DNA of 64,000 nucleotides. Source: Oopsacas minuta. Taxonomy: Eukaryota; Animalia; Porifera. Numbering within the stretch: the first letter of the stretch is position 1; each line of letters opens with the position of its first letter. The position numbers and the translations under genes are program-made. Below the pieces are notes generated by a model. The model saw only the letters and a program-made list of their open reading frames with translations. It searched no databases and was not told the DNA's origin. The stretch covers positions 133,307 to 197,306 of the forward strand of contig JAKMXF010000296.1 of assembly GCA_024704765.1 (NCBI GenBank), read 5' to 3'. This document shows positions 38,392 to 51,759 of the stretch, in pieces.

Positions 38392-40434
38392 CTAGGGTGC
38401 GACCCGTAAAGCCCATGGTCCGTGGCCCGTTATAAAAGCCCGCGTCCCGCGACCCGCTTATTTATTCCACCACCCCGTGATTTAGGAAATTTGTTTATTT
38501 AATGGCACTGTTGGCTGAATTCGTGAATGTATTCTCAAAGAATTGAGAATTCATATAAATTCTGCGTTATAAGATGCGGGAAATCGTGTGCGCAAATAGT
38601 ATATATATGAAACTTTATATATATGCAACACTTTGATTGTTTCGTTAGTTATTTCCTTTTTCTTTCTATTAATGGTGGAAGATAGTAGGTTTAGTGCATC
38701 TAGACTTCTAGATTTATTTGTTATTGAAAAATTAACAAATACCGCTAAATGCTCATTATGTTCCAGTGCATTCACATACAACAGTCAAAAGACTGGTACC
38801 TCGCATATGTCACGCCACATCACTAACAAACATCCGGAGGAGTATAATAAGATGAAGAGGAGGTTAGAATGCAGAGATGGTACTCAGTCTAGTATTCTTA
38901 GATGTTTCAAGAAGACGCTTGGCGATGTTAATATCTTGCGGAGATCATGTTTTACCTTTGAGTTATTTTGAAAGCGAATTTACAAGGAGCCTGCTGCGGA
39001 TTGAAAGTTGTTCAAACCGAATGGATTTGAGAGGAGAAATAAGATTAATTGCTGATGAAGTCAGGCAGGAGATGAAAGCCGAATTTCAGGGTACATTTAT
39101 GACAATTGTCTGTGATGGGTGGAAAAACTCCCTGACAGGTATGTTTAATATGTTTACTCTAAATATATTGTATAATACGTATATGTACATTTATAAATTA
39201 TAATGTTATTGGTAGGTGACAAGTTTGTATCTTTTTTGGGATTTGCTAACTCAAGTTCAAAACCAATCTATATCACTAGCCAAATAGTGAAAGATAACTC
39301 TTCTGATGCATTTCTGGAAGCTGATCGAGTAGCAGTAAACATTGTCGAAGGGTGGAATTCCAAGGTTATTGCATTACTCGCTGACAATGCTCGGTCAATT
39401 CAACTTGGCCTGCAGAAATTGTCGAATGAATGTGGTGGTTTGTTGGTATTGCGGTGTGCAGCACATGTTATGAACCTTTGCTTACGTGATATCTTCACAG
39501 CAGTTCCAGTGTGTCAGAAAGCACTTGACATATTGAATAAACATGTAGCCAACGGTACTGTCCCTCGTTATGTTGATACTAGATGAAATTCAAGAATTGT
39601 TCGGATGGAGCAATTCATTGTGAAACTTGATGATGAGAGAGAAAAGGGAAAATTGAGTGCTTGTGTGCAGAGAACTCGACCGATTCTTGATGTTCTTAAT
39701 ATTACTCAAGAAGATACGACTACATGGCCTACAATGATGTGCAAGTTTGAGGAACTTTTGGAGACACTACAAGAGACAGGATTCGATGAAGTATGTACAG
39801 TGATTGAGAAGAGGAGGTGGATGCTTGAAAAATATTGTTATTCATCTTATAAACTGGTTAAATGGAAAGACTGGAGATATTGACTTCGAAATGACTGGAA
39901 AATGGCTTCAGTTAATGAAAGTTCGTTCAGATTTTGATATGCTATATGCTGCCAGGGAGTTTGGTGCTGGGTTGGAAGGTAATACAATCCAACATTACCC
40001 CAAACTGAAAGTGTTTGAAGAACAAATACTCAACAAAATCGCAGTTAGTGAGGCTTCGGTTGAACGACTGTTTTCTCGACACAAGCAAATTCACACTCCT
40101 CTCCGTGCATCCTTGGGAAATGATATAGTAACTGATTGCTTACTGATAAGAATCAGCAGACAATACATTGAAGCTGAGACTACAGATAACACTGACATGA
40201 TTCTACCTCTCTATGAGGATTATTAGATTAAACGATAATAACATTTATAATACTTGTGATACTTACATATACTAAAATAGTAATAATTTCATGACCTAAT
40301 TCTATAATTAAAGTATATTCATCATCTGTAAATTGTTCTTTTTGACTCTTTTTAGCCCGTTTTGTGCCCGCGGCCCGTGGTAAAAAGCCCGCAGCCCGTG
40401 GTTTACAATAAAGCCCGCATGGGTCGCACCCTAG
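38392..40434 (+). mobile_element. Compact hAT (Ac-like, BED finger) transposon; disrupted transposase ~38672-40226 with a 77-nt intron
   Basis: TIR CTAGGGTGCGACCC, perfect TSD GAGATGTA, GCCCG subterminal repeats; AKCSLCSSAF...MSRHITNKH (BED), VCDGW, LADNA, RCAAHVMNL, ASVERLFS; intron 39139-39215. Confidence 0.9.
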
Positions 40435-41290
40435 GAGATGTACACTTTGGATGTGAAGAGAAAGATTGTGTCCGGGCACAAGACAAATAGATAGTGTATT
40501 AAACCCACTAAAGATAAACGGATACAAATCAGACACACAAAAATATGATCCTATTTGGCTGCTATAAACTAAGGATAGGAACTTTTTGAATGCCCCAAGT
40601 ATATATATTCAACCAGTAAACTTAGGGCATATTAGAATAATCAAACATCTTTAAAAATAATTTGGTGGAGGAGGTGGCTATAAATATTGACTCAAATTCA
40701 AAAAGGTGCTGAAATTTCGATTTGGGTGCGAGAATTGGTCCTTTTCGTACGAACATAACACCCCGGCATTAATCGGTTAGAGTAGAGTGATTTTGAATGT
40801 TCCCGCGTAATGAAGCAGTCATTTGGGGTTTTTGGCCGAATTCTGCGACGCTGCGATAGCAAACAGAGGCTGTCCACTTTTTCAATATGAGAGGCTCTCG
40901 CTCAGATTGCTTCAACCGAATTAAAAAAACTAGCCCCAATCAGCCCGTATATAAGGAAAAATCGGTCTTTGCCGATTTCATTTGAAATTTCCTGGGAAAA
41001 ACATAGCAGAGGTATTGTCTCTGATTTATCTAGTAACGGAATAATGCCTGCAAAATGTACAATTTTATGACGTCAAAAGAAGGTGCTGAAATCTCGATTT
41101 GGGTGTGGCAATTGGTTAAAATGAAGTGACTTGTTGCATTTGGAAAATACCGGCAATTGTTGATCATTTTGATAGGCCGGGGAGGGGGGGCGCGCAGAAC
41201 AGCGATTGGCCATTGTATGTGCAGAAAAATTTATATAGGTGGGAACAAAGGCTAAATATTTTAAGTTGAAAAAAATTTCATAACCAAGAT

Positions 41291-41732
41291 CAGGAGCGGC
41301 GCCAGGATTTGGCAAACGGAGGGACTGGGACTGGCGACAAGTTTAATCGCGGGGGCCAAGCTCGCTCGACTTATCCATTAAAATATTCAACATATTCGCC
41401 TTTAATTGCCAGAAAATTCTATGACCTGGTGGTTTTGATGAAAATACAGGTAAATCAGAAATGAAGACATAGATTATTAATGCAATATGGTACTAACAAT
41501 CAAACACAAAGTTTTATGCTAACATGACCTATGTAGCTAATCTGTAAGGCGGAATATTAGCTAAATTAGGCATCTATAAAACAAACTTGAAAAAACCAGT
41601 ACTTTTAAAACAAACAAATATCGGAAAAACAAAACGAAGACGAAGCAAGTTCGTTCAAAAATTATTAAATTTTTATCTCCTGAATATTATGGAGGGCTTG
41701 AGCCCTCCCAAATTTGTCCTGGCGCGCCCCTG
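41291..41732. mobile_element. hAT-type MITE
   Basis: TIR CAGG(A/G)GCG(G)CGCCAGGA; perfect TSD ACCAAGAT. Confidence 0.88.
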
Positions 41733-44168
41733 ACCAAGATATAATGTACGGAAATATTTATCACTAATGGGCTAATATAAGTGAAAAATGTAAATTATTT
41801 GCATTTAAGGCTATTAACAACGTAAATTTAAAAGCTAAAACAAGCGATACGTAAGTAAAATCGCGAAAAAAGATGCAATAACGTATTTTAAGGTAAGACA
41901 AAACAGGGATAATATATATAGGACTCTATGTCCTATATATACGCCTAATTAGAAGAATAATGTAATGGGTACGTGACAATCATAAAAGTCAATTGAATTG
42001 TATTATAGTTTATAACAAAATTTCAGTTGAATTCATTAACATTGTAAAATAATTCAAAAGGTAAACTGTATTTAATTAAGGGAGGAAACTTAATAAATGA
42101 TCTGTAGGTCGAGTCCTAATAGGAGAAACTTTAATTTTGCTAAGAGAGCCAATGAATATAGATAAATATACAATGTTAGGTCGACAGTTAATTATTAATG
42201 CACAATAAACGTATTTATATAGGGAAATATTCTAGATGACACCCTTGGAATATAGTATTAGCCATATTATATATAATGGTTGTATGGTTTGCTTAAAATT
42301 AAAAGTTCGATGTTTCGAAAATTTAAATAGTCTAGGCGGATAAGTGAAATGGAGAACTCATTTAGGCGCGCTACATATAAAAGCTGGAAGAAACCCTGGA
42401 TGTAAGTACATATGATATCAATCAGCATCGTCTTTTTCTTTTACAATCTTTGTTTGTGAATATGAGAAATTGATGTGACTACGATGAGAGTATTGAATAA
42501 GTGTTTGGAATAAATATGACATTATTATATACGGATAAATATTGCTGAATAACAATGGACTGAGAAAAGATTGTACATACAATTATGTCTTGTTCATAGA
42601 AGCAAGAAAACAATTCGTAAATTGGTAAAAAGAGTTAAAAATATAATATTTCATAAAGGAATAAATATGTTTTTAAGAACGTTTAAACACATAATCCATA
42701 ACCCCTCAATTGTATCCAGAAGAAAAATGATATCAATATAATAATGGAAATCCGGTCAAATAACACATTATAGTTGTCACGTTTGGAAATTCCAAAACTC
42801 GATGCAAAGCCATCACACATATTTTACAATTCTGATGACATCTTCGTAATGCAAGAACGCTATACCTTCAAATAATTACAAGTTTTCTCTAGCTATACGG
42901 AAAGTCGGTAAAGGAGTCAAGTGAACACGTTATTTTAGTTCGAATTGGTCGCTAACTTCTTCTCCGTCTGGCTTCGCCACTTTGAGAAAGATGTGCAACC
43001 CTTAGTGTATGCCAATTTACTAGGGCGCATCGCTTACCAGACGGACGTATACTAGGCACTTATGTGCCTCGGATAGAACGATATTGGGAAACATCCAAAT
43101 TTCTGATACAATCGAAATCGGATTTTGCAGCAGGTTTTTACTTCGTGGACTTATATTATCCCCTTGCATGTACTTGTTTCTCCATAATACAACTTACAAA
43201 CAAAACTTATTGAGGCTTTGCAAACGGGGTATATTTTTAGAATCGGATTCTTTTCCACCATGATAATTTTAAAACGTGCAATTATAGAGAATTTGTATAT
43301 CGAGCTTTATTCTAAGACTTGATACTATTCAACTAAGGCCCAAAATTATTCTTAAGTGCAAATCAGCCTAGTGGGCTATTTGATTTTTTTCAATCATTTC
43401 TGGACATACAAACATACATATATTATAGATAGAACAGGATTGTAAATTGCAAATAACTATGAATATATACAGTATTGTTAGAACCTCATCAGTACGAACC
43501 GGTTAATACGAAGGAATATTTACAGAAAATCGGGGGCCCTACAATGGCTTATAAGTTGATATTGCTCTTGTAAATATGTGCTCCGGATAAGATGGATAGA
43601 TTTTGAAGTTCCGGTTTATGAACGTAATAACGATATTACACTGTATATCAACGAAAATGACAAAGAACAAGTAGTAGTACTTATTGTGAACCCCTACTGG
43701 ACAAAGATATTGTGTATACCAAGGAAACCGAATGAAACAATAATCTGGATGGTAAAATTAGGCCCCTGGCTTGGTACGTAATAAAAATAGAATGTTCACA
43801 ATAAGCTGATGCAAAATACGCTAACCTGACTTATAACGAATATCAGAAATTTTCAAGCGAATACACATTCTCAACATCCACATCTATGTTACACACTAAT
43901 CTTTAAAAGCTACTAACACATATTGCATATATACAGTGGGTTTCGCTAATAAGTAACCAGTTCATAAGAACATATCGGATATAAAAACATCCGCTGGAAA
44001 ACGGTTCTCATATAATCTTGCATAAGATTTTCAGGTCATAAGAATATATCAATTATACGAACAAATTTTGCTATTCCAAGCGTGTTACTACAAGCAATGA
44101 TCACTGTATACAATATTTGAGCCAATGCTATTGGACGAAATAGTAAATGAGTTAGTATAATATAGTAC

Positions 44169-44470
44169 CTCGATCAGAGTTTCATAAGCAGCGCTCTTTA
44201 AATTTGAAAGAGTAGATTCATTTCTCTCAGTGCAGTTAAGTAGCTTGGTAACAAGTTCTTCGTAAACCTGAGATAGTGCATAACTCTCTGGATCATCCTC
44301 ATCTCCAAGAAGGACAATGTTATAAGCTGCTTCAGCTAAAGAGATAAACGCCCAACAAGTATTTGTGGCAACCCGAGGTACACTAGCCAAACCATCGAGA
44401 AGGGCTTGTAGGAGACTCTGAAGAGTTGAGTGTTGAATCACAACCTCAGGAAGTTCTTCACACATGCGTC
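44169..44470 (-). CDS. KPNB1: Importin subunit beta-1, internal coding exon
   Basis: (G)RMCEELPEVV...PRVATNTCWAFISLAEAAY...NLKSAAYETLIE. Acceptor ctaac...tttatag at 44472-44471 (phase 1, matches previous donor); donor GAG|gtacta at 44168 (phase 0); 302 nt. Confidence 0.93.
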
Positions 44471-45797
44471 CTATAAATGAGACAAAGAATTGGTTAGTGT
44501 AGTCTAAAATTACTAAAATTGTGTTCAATCGTGAATAACCTAGTTCTCTAACATCAATTTCAATGTACTAACAGACTTGTTAGATTATAAGGGAATATTT
44601 ACTCATTGGAGCCAATATGCGGGTGAAAATAACGGGAATTGACCTTCACGATTCATCATTGAAACAAAGATTGCATTAATGTGATGAAAAAGTTGGAAAT
44701 AATTGTAAGCGAGAGGCACGGGCATCTAAAAGATAACTAGCAGGCTTTACTTCTAGGTCGTTGATGTACAAGATATATTCGTCGCCTAGTCCCTCGAATA
44801 TCAAAAATAGTAAAAGTAATGAGCTAAACATCTATGATCCATATAAGAGAATTATAGAGATATTTTGTAGCTATAAGTAAATATATGATATATAGACATT
44901 AGTATTTCGAAACTTTGGGTTAATACAAATAAAGATAAATCTCTCCTGAAACATGTTAGAATATAATACAAATTAGCTGTAGGAATTTGTTGTAGTACCT
45001 GAAATGGATATGATCGATATAAGTATTGCCATCAGAAGTCTACAACCCAAGGTTTGAAAACTATGAAAAGTAAACTATCAGGAGTAATTCGAAGAAATCA
45101 CAATAGTTTTACTTTATTTAGTAGAATAACTTATCTCTATTGTGTATACTAGACGAGTACGCTTTGCTAGCTCGCGCTACGCGTGTGCGAACACTTCGTG
45201 TCCACACTCGGGACAACGGCCCTCGGGTACACAAACTCATAATCTTAACCGTACCAAACATGACACCGCCATAATCTTTATATCTGTCTACTTTATGACT
45301 CAAAAGTGAACAAAACATTTAAATATGGTTTACAATATCACTTTTGGACTCAACATATTCGATTACATCAGTATAGCCTGCACTTGTCCTATGAATATGA
45401 ATAATTTATGAGCTCAGTATCTGTATGATTTGTCGGGTGTAGGTAGGAAATATATGATGGAGAAAATACTCATAGATTGCTCTCAGGAATGTCAACTCTC
45501 ATTGATAAATAGGATCTTCATGTACGATAGTATATATGCAGGCCGTATTACGCATATATAGCATATATCAACAATATTGGTAAAGTGATGCTGAAGTACT
45601 TCTGGCCCAATATTACATTCTCATTTTCTCAAACGAAATTCACGACGCAGACTAGTGGGTAATCCAGTTCATAAAATCTTTAATGGAGTCTAACAACTTA
45701 TGTTTCTGAAATGATAGATACAATTTGAAAAGGCAATGAAAGTAATTCAGAAATCATACTAAGAGTGGGGCAAGCTTAGAGGCTGAGGTATATCCGA

Positions 45798-48700
45798 GTT
45801 TAAAATGGGAGTTAGTAAAGAATAGGTATTCTAGTGCCAGATAGCAATATGTAATGTATTATTTGCGAATAGGTTATCGTATCCGAGGAATCGAATGGGG
45901 TAATCAAATTTCTTCTATGGCTTCTAGATTTCTGGATATGACGTGATCGCATATTATGATGACGTCACATTTTAAAAAATATTTAATAAAACTCATAGAA
46001 ATTTCCACTTAATGAAAAGAATCTCCTACTCTGTATATATACTATTACCCTGATAGTATTTGGATAAGAGTGTATAAATTTAACATTTTAATGAATCTAT
46101 GAATTAATTATAAGTGAATCAACAATTTCGTCTATGGAAGAATCTAGTAATCTATTTTTGGTATTATCACTACAACAATTTACTCTTTGTGTGTCGCTGT
46201 GTTCCCCACACCTTTCACAAACTAAACTTGAACGAAATTGATTCAATACAGGGTCACTTTCAGAGGCCAGTCTCACGAAAATGTCAATTGCATTATCTTC
46301 AAATGAAGACTTACTTGCAAGATTCTCCCCATACTTTCTTAGTAACTTGTTGCATACCTCGGATCCCTCTTCAGAGAAACTTTTAGGAGCTCGCACAAGA
46401 TTGAACTCTATCAAAATTTCTTCTGAGTGAGCTAATACCCTGTGTAATGTTGGGGTATGCTCACCCAAGGAAATGAATCAACGATCAAGAGATATGTGTC
46501 GGTGCATAGATCACCAAGGACCTCGGTGTTAATGATGCTGTCTGAATTGATTATTCGAAGAATAGCTGACAAGTGTGTATGTAGTTTTGAAAGTGTTTCT
46601 TTGTGTTCTATTTCAACAACTGACAATACACACTCAATATATTTCGAATCACAGGAAAATGCTCGACGAGCTACAGTACCAGTAGAGCTAGTACCTCCAC
46701 TTGCATTCGGCTGATCTATCCTCATTCTTGTCTTCTTTTCAATCAGATTTCTCACAAATATCATTGAATTTTTTATCGCCAAAGATGTCGGTGACCATGT
46801 ACATTTTCCACAACTCAAATGATAAATTAGTAGAGTGAACCACCTGAAAATTCCAGTATACGAGTATAACGGAGATGCTGTAAGGATGTTTATTGTTGAG
46901 GTGGTTCGTGCGTTATGTTACAACGTTGGTTTGAAGGAAGTTAGAAAATAAATCACTGTCTTCTTTTTCGCCGAAAAGTTGAATTGCATCAGTAATGTGC
47001 CTGTTGACAGAAATCCCTGTATTATCAACTCACGATCACTGAGTTCCTTATGTGTTGCTTTGCATAATTGACAACTTGCCCCACCTGCCTCAGATAGAAT
47101 TCCTGCCATTTTATCATCAAGCATTAATCGAACAATGTCGACTCGTACTTCCTGATCAGAGCCAAGAGTAAATCCTTCACTTCTCATCAGATCAGATCAG
47201 TTTCAGGATTGATTAGATCGTTCATAAATCGCTTGATATTACCTTCGTTTTCTTTCGCAGCGAGAAGAAAAATCGGACGTTGAGTAAAAGGAGAATTGGG
47301 AGTGTTATTTTTCCAGAGTTCGCGACCGCTATTGCTTATTATCTTTACAACTCTGAAACAGAATAAGATAAACGACTTAGTATCTGTATTCGTGTTTGAT
47401 TGATTATATACAGTGTGACTGCCAGAACCATCTAGTCTGTCTACTATCTGGAATTGCAGGGGATAATCTTGAGCTGGAGAAGGCGGTAGAGTGGACATAA
47501 GCTTGCCAAAGTATGGCGGTTGTGATGGACATGTGGCCTATATGCGCTAATCGGAGTTCAGGATTGTGGTACATCTGAATATCTGACCGTATAATGATGC
47601 TGTTTCTTTCTTCTACTACCCTATAGTATGCCGGGAAACGAATATCACTAGATAGCAAGTGATGTTGGAGTTGTGTGTATTTCCTCCTACCAATTTCTAG
47701 GAGATCTACAAGGAACACTGCCTTGTTAACATCGAGCTCTTCCTTCAACATCTTACCGAATTGATTCGAAAACTTGTCATAGACTACAGATTTTGAAACT
47801 TTAGCTATTTCTCGCTGTTTTGTTTGGTTCGATAATAATTGTAAGGTAAGTGCAGCTATCTTGATTTCTGAAGTATTCTCAACGATTGAGAGTGCATTGA
47901 TAGGTTCCAGGACATTTGAGAGTCGTAAGCTTTGTTGCTGCATCGTGAGATTGTCAATACTCTTCCTATGGTTTGCAGAGAGTGTGGATATGACTTTTTC
48001 ATCTTCTGAGGCCAGCTCAACGGTATCATAAAAACGGTTCCTCTTCAACTCTGGTTCCATGGATATACCACAATGCCACCAGTCTCCCTCTAAGCAATCT
48101 AGCGATTTCTTTGCCTTCCTGATCCTGCTTCTTACTCGGAGGAGCGTTGCTTCCAATTGTTTCCTTTCTTCGAAGTCCATTTGAAAGTTCTGCTCAAAGA
48201 AACTGAGTGTCGTCGAGATACAGTCGTTGTTGTCTTTCAAAATCTTCGCAAATTCAAGATGAGAGTTAGGGAAAGTTAGTTCTTGTCATTGAAAAGCGTA
48301 GAAAACGGTTGATTATCAGCAAATTCAATTAGTTAATGTCATATTGATCATGTATTTATGTATTATATTTATTGGTAATTGGAATGCTACAATCGAGTAG
48401 ATAAATTTATCATATAAATTGCATAGCAACAAAAAGGTGACAATGGAATTCGCCGAAATTTTCATGTTGCGCACTGCTTCCGGGAGTATCATTTTAATAT
48501 GTCTTTTTAGATATTATAATGTCATTTTGGAATTAATTTCTAAGTGGTGTTTTGGTGTGTTTTTTTTTTGCGGCCATTTGGAAGTTCTTTTTTAAAAATT
48601 ATTGTACCTCTAAAGTACCATTAATCAAATCAACTTTGAATCCAAATGTAGTAAAGAAACACTGACGAAAATGAGAAATCAGATTTAGCATAACTGAATT

Positions 48701-48958
48701 GTGTCGAGGAAATAAATAAATTTGATTCGGAGAATTCTGTGACGCTCTCAAGTAAACTTAAATTGGTGCTAATATTAGCATCACTGAAACCGCAAATAGA
48801 ACTATTTTTGATTGATTCTTTAAATTCATATTGTGAGAGCTATATGTATTCGATCGAATTGAAATTTGAAATTAACATTATTCAAACAAACAAGAACGAG
48901 TTTAAACCATTAAAAATGAAATCTATTTTTGTCTATTCTTTGCATTCAAACCACTGTG
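45798..48958 (-). mobile_element. Transib/RAG1-like transposon family 2, inverted portion carrying the 5' terminus but lacking the 3' heptamer
   Basis: 5' terminus CACAGTGGTTTGAATG at 48958, flanked by TGAAA (48963-48959, minus strand); left end stops at GTTTAAAA without CACAGTG. Confidence 0.88.
46097..48289 (-). pseudogene. Transib/RAG1-core-like transposase pseudogene (complete span, frameshifted)
   Basis: RKSIDNLTMQQQSLRL (NBD-like), VDRLDGSGSHTVYNQ (D1), PNSPFTQRPIFL, LMLDDKM (D2), SCQLC, GGTSSTGTVARRAF, LHRVLAH, SEEGSEVCNK (E), SESDP, CERCGEH. Confidence 0.9.
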
Positions 48959-49457
48959 TTTCACCATTTCCATATTTCTGATAATTACACATGTATCAAC
49001 GCAGGTAGTGCCTGGGCTAATGTCTACAAGTTTTCTTTACTTTGGTTCACGGTAAGAGGCTCTACTAATTATTTTTTGATAGAATGTCACGAAATATTTG
49101 GTCAGTGTAGTTTTGTGTTCCCCGTGAATAATCCTACCCAAACATTATTACAGAAATAGGGTTCTCCTATAGTGAGTAGTATTCCTCAAATTTACTTAGT
49201 GAATAGAGTTCGGGAGGAGCATTATCCACTAGGGAACTTGTTCCCCGAGCATTATAAACTAGAGAATCATGCTTCTAGGAGCCATCAAAATGTGAATCCA
49301 CATACGAAATATGGAAATCAAAGCGAATGGTTGTATTTTTACAGTGCAAAACAAGCAGTACCAACATAAAGATTGGTAAATACGGAATTTTATCATCTTT
49401 CAAAGCCTCAAGTGTTACATAGCTCACCTTCGGATTTGAATATTTTATAGTATTCCC

Positions 49458-51759
49458 TAGAGGGAGACTGGTGGCATTGTGGTATATCCATGGAACCAGA
49501 GTTGAAGAGGAACCGTTTTTATGATACCGTTGAGCTGGCCTCAGAAGATGAAAAAGTCATATCCACACTCTCTGCAAACCATAGGAAGAGTATTGACAAT
49601 CTCACGATGCAGCAACAAAGCTTACGACTCTCAAATGTCCTGGAACCTATCAATGCACTCTCAATCGTTGAGAATACTTCAGAAATCAAGATAGCTGCAC
49701 TTACCTTACAATTATTATCGAACCAAACAAAACAGCGAGAAATAGCTAAAGTTTCAAAATCTGTAGTCTATGACAAGTTTTCGAATCAATTCGGTAAGAT
49801 GTTGAAGGAAGAGCTCGATGTTAACAAGGCAGTGTTCCTTGTAGATCTCCTAGAAATTGGTAGGAGGAAATACACACAACTCCAACATCACTTGCTATCT
49901 AGTGATATTCGTTTCCCGGCATACTATAGGGTAGTAGAAGAAAGAAACAGCATCATTATACGGTCAGATATTCAGATGTACCACAATCCTGAACTCCGAT
50001 TAGCGCATATAGGCCACATGTCCATCACAACCGCCATACTTTGGCAAGCTTATGTCCACTCTACCGCCTTCTCCAGCTCAAGATTATCCCCTGCAATTCC
50101 AGATAGTAGACAGACTAGATGGTTCTGGCAGTCACACTGTATATAATCAATCAAACACGAATACAGATACTAAGTCGTTTATCTTATTCTGTTTCAGAGT
50201 TGTAAAGATAATAAGCAATAGCGGTCGCGAACTCTGGAAAAATAACACTCCCAATTCTCCTTTTACTCAACGTCCGATTTTTCTTCTCGCTGCGAAAGAA
50301 AACGAAGGTAATATCAAGCGATTTATGAACGATCTAATCAATCCTGAAACTGATCTGATCTGATGAGAAGTGAAGGATTTACTCTTGGCTCTGATCAGGA
50401 AGTACGAGTCGACATTGTTCGATTAATGCTTGATGATAAAATGGCAGGAATTCTATCTGAGGCAGGTGGGGCAAGTTGTCAATTATGCAAAGCAACACAT
50501 AAGGAACTCAGTGATCGTGAGTTGATAATACAGGGATTTCTGTCAACAGGCACATTACTGATGCAATTCAACTTTTCGGCGAAAAAGAAGACAGTGATTT
50601 ATTTTCTAACTTCCTTCAAACCAACGTTGTAACATAACGCACGAACCACCTCAACAATAAACATCCTTACAGCATCTCCGTTATACTCGTATACTGGAAT
50701 TTTCAGGTGGTTCACTCTACTAATTTATCATTTGAGTTGTGGAAAATGTACATGGTCACCGACATCTTTGGCGATAAAAAATTCAATGATATTTGTGAGA
50801 AATCTGATTGAAAAGAAGACAAGAATGAGGATAGATCAGCCGAATGCAAGTGGAGGTACTAGCTCTACTGGTACTGTAGCTCGTCGAGCATTTTCCTGTG
50901 ATTCGAAATATATTGAGTGTGTATTGTCAGTTGTTGAAATAGAACACAAAGAAACACTTTCAAAACTACATACACACTTGTCAGCTATTCTTCGAATAAT
51001 CAATTCAGACAGCATCATTAACACCGAGGTCCTTGGTGATCTATGCACCGACACATATCTCTTGATCGTTGATTCATTTCCTTGGGTGAGCATACCCCAA
51101 CATTACACAGGGTATTAGCTCACTCAGAAGAAATTTTGATAGAGTTCAATCTTGTGCGAGCTCCTAAAAGTTTCTCTGAAGAGGGATCCGAGGTATGCAA
51201 CAAGTTACTAAGAAAGTATGGGGAGAATCTTGCAAGTAAGTCTTCATTTGAAGATAATGCAATTGACATTTTCGTGAGACTGGCCTCTGAAAGTGACCCT
51301 GTATTGAATCAATTTCGTTCAAGTTTAGTTTGTGAAAGGTGTGGGGAACACAGCGACACACAAAGAGTAAATTGTTGTAGTGATAATACCAAAAATAGAT
51401 TACTAGATTCTTCCATAGACGAAATTGTTGATTCACTTATAATTAATTCATAGATTCATTAAAATGTTAAATTTATACACTCTTATCCAAATACTATCAG
51501 GGTAATAGTATATATACAGAGTAGGAGATTCTTTTCATTAAGTGGAAATTTCTATGAGTTTTATTAAATATTTTTTAAAATGTGACGTCATCATAATATG
51601 CGATCACGTCATATCCAGAAATCTAGAAGCCATAGAAGAAATTTGATTACCCCATTCGATTCCTCGGATACGATAACCTATTCGCAAATAATACATTACA
51701 TATTGCTATCTGGCACTAGAATACCTATTCTTTACTAACTCCCATTTTAAACCACTGTG
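49458..51759 (+). mobile_element. Transib/RAG1-like family 2, duplicated portion carrying the 3' terminus
   Basis: 49458-51752 is the reverse complement of 45798-48092; ends CACTGTG (51753-51759) followed by TGAAA. Confidence 0.9.

Larger units (their letters stand above)
26340..44168 (-). other. KPNB1 intron, 17,829 bp, transposon-filled
   Basis: GT...AG boundaries with matching phase between two importin-beta exons. Confidence 0.88.
45798..51752. repeat. 2,295-bp inverted duplication with a 1,365-bp spacer
   Basis: Arm coordinates sum to 97550 at both ends; every ORF in the track is mirrored with an identical translation. Confidence 0.97.

Noticed and set aside
40700-41110. LTR pair (direct repeat AAGGTGCTGAAAT.TCGATTTGGGTG at ~40704 and ~41080)
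   Set aside because: Only ~27 bp, with no TG...CA ends, PBS or PPT; related sequence at ~57470-57610 suggests fragments of a dispersed repeat.
48924-48958. Canonical 12- or 23-RSS
   Set aside because: The nonamer-like ACAAAAATA is 19 nt from the heptamer and mismatched at two positions; treated only as RSS-like.
46097-51453. Two functional divergent RAG1-like genes
   Set aside because: Both arms carry identical frameshifts and stops; they are one dead element duplicated.
51454-51752. RAG2-like partner gene convergent with the RAG1-like ORF, as in ProtoRAG
   Set aside because: Only ~300 bp (family 2) and ~385 bp (family 1) lie between the stop and the 3' terminus, and no kelch/PHD-like ORF is seen elsewhere in either element.
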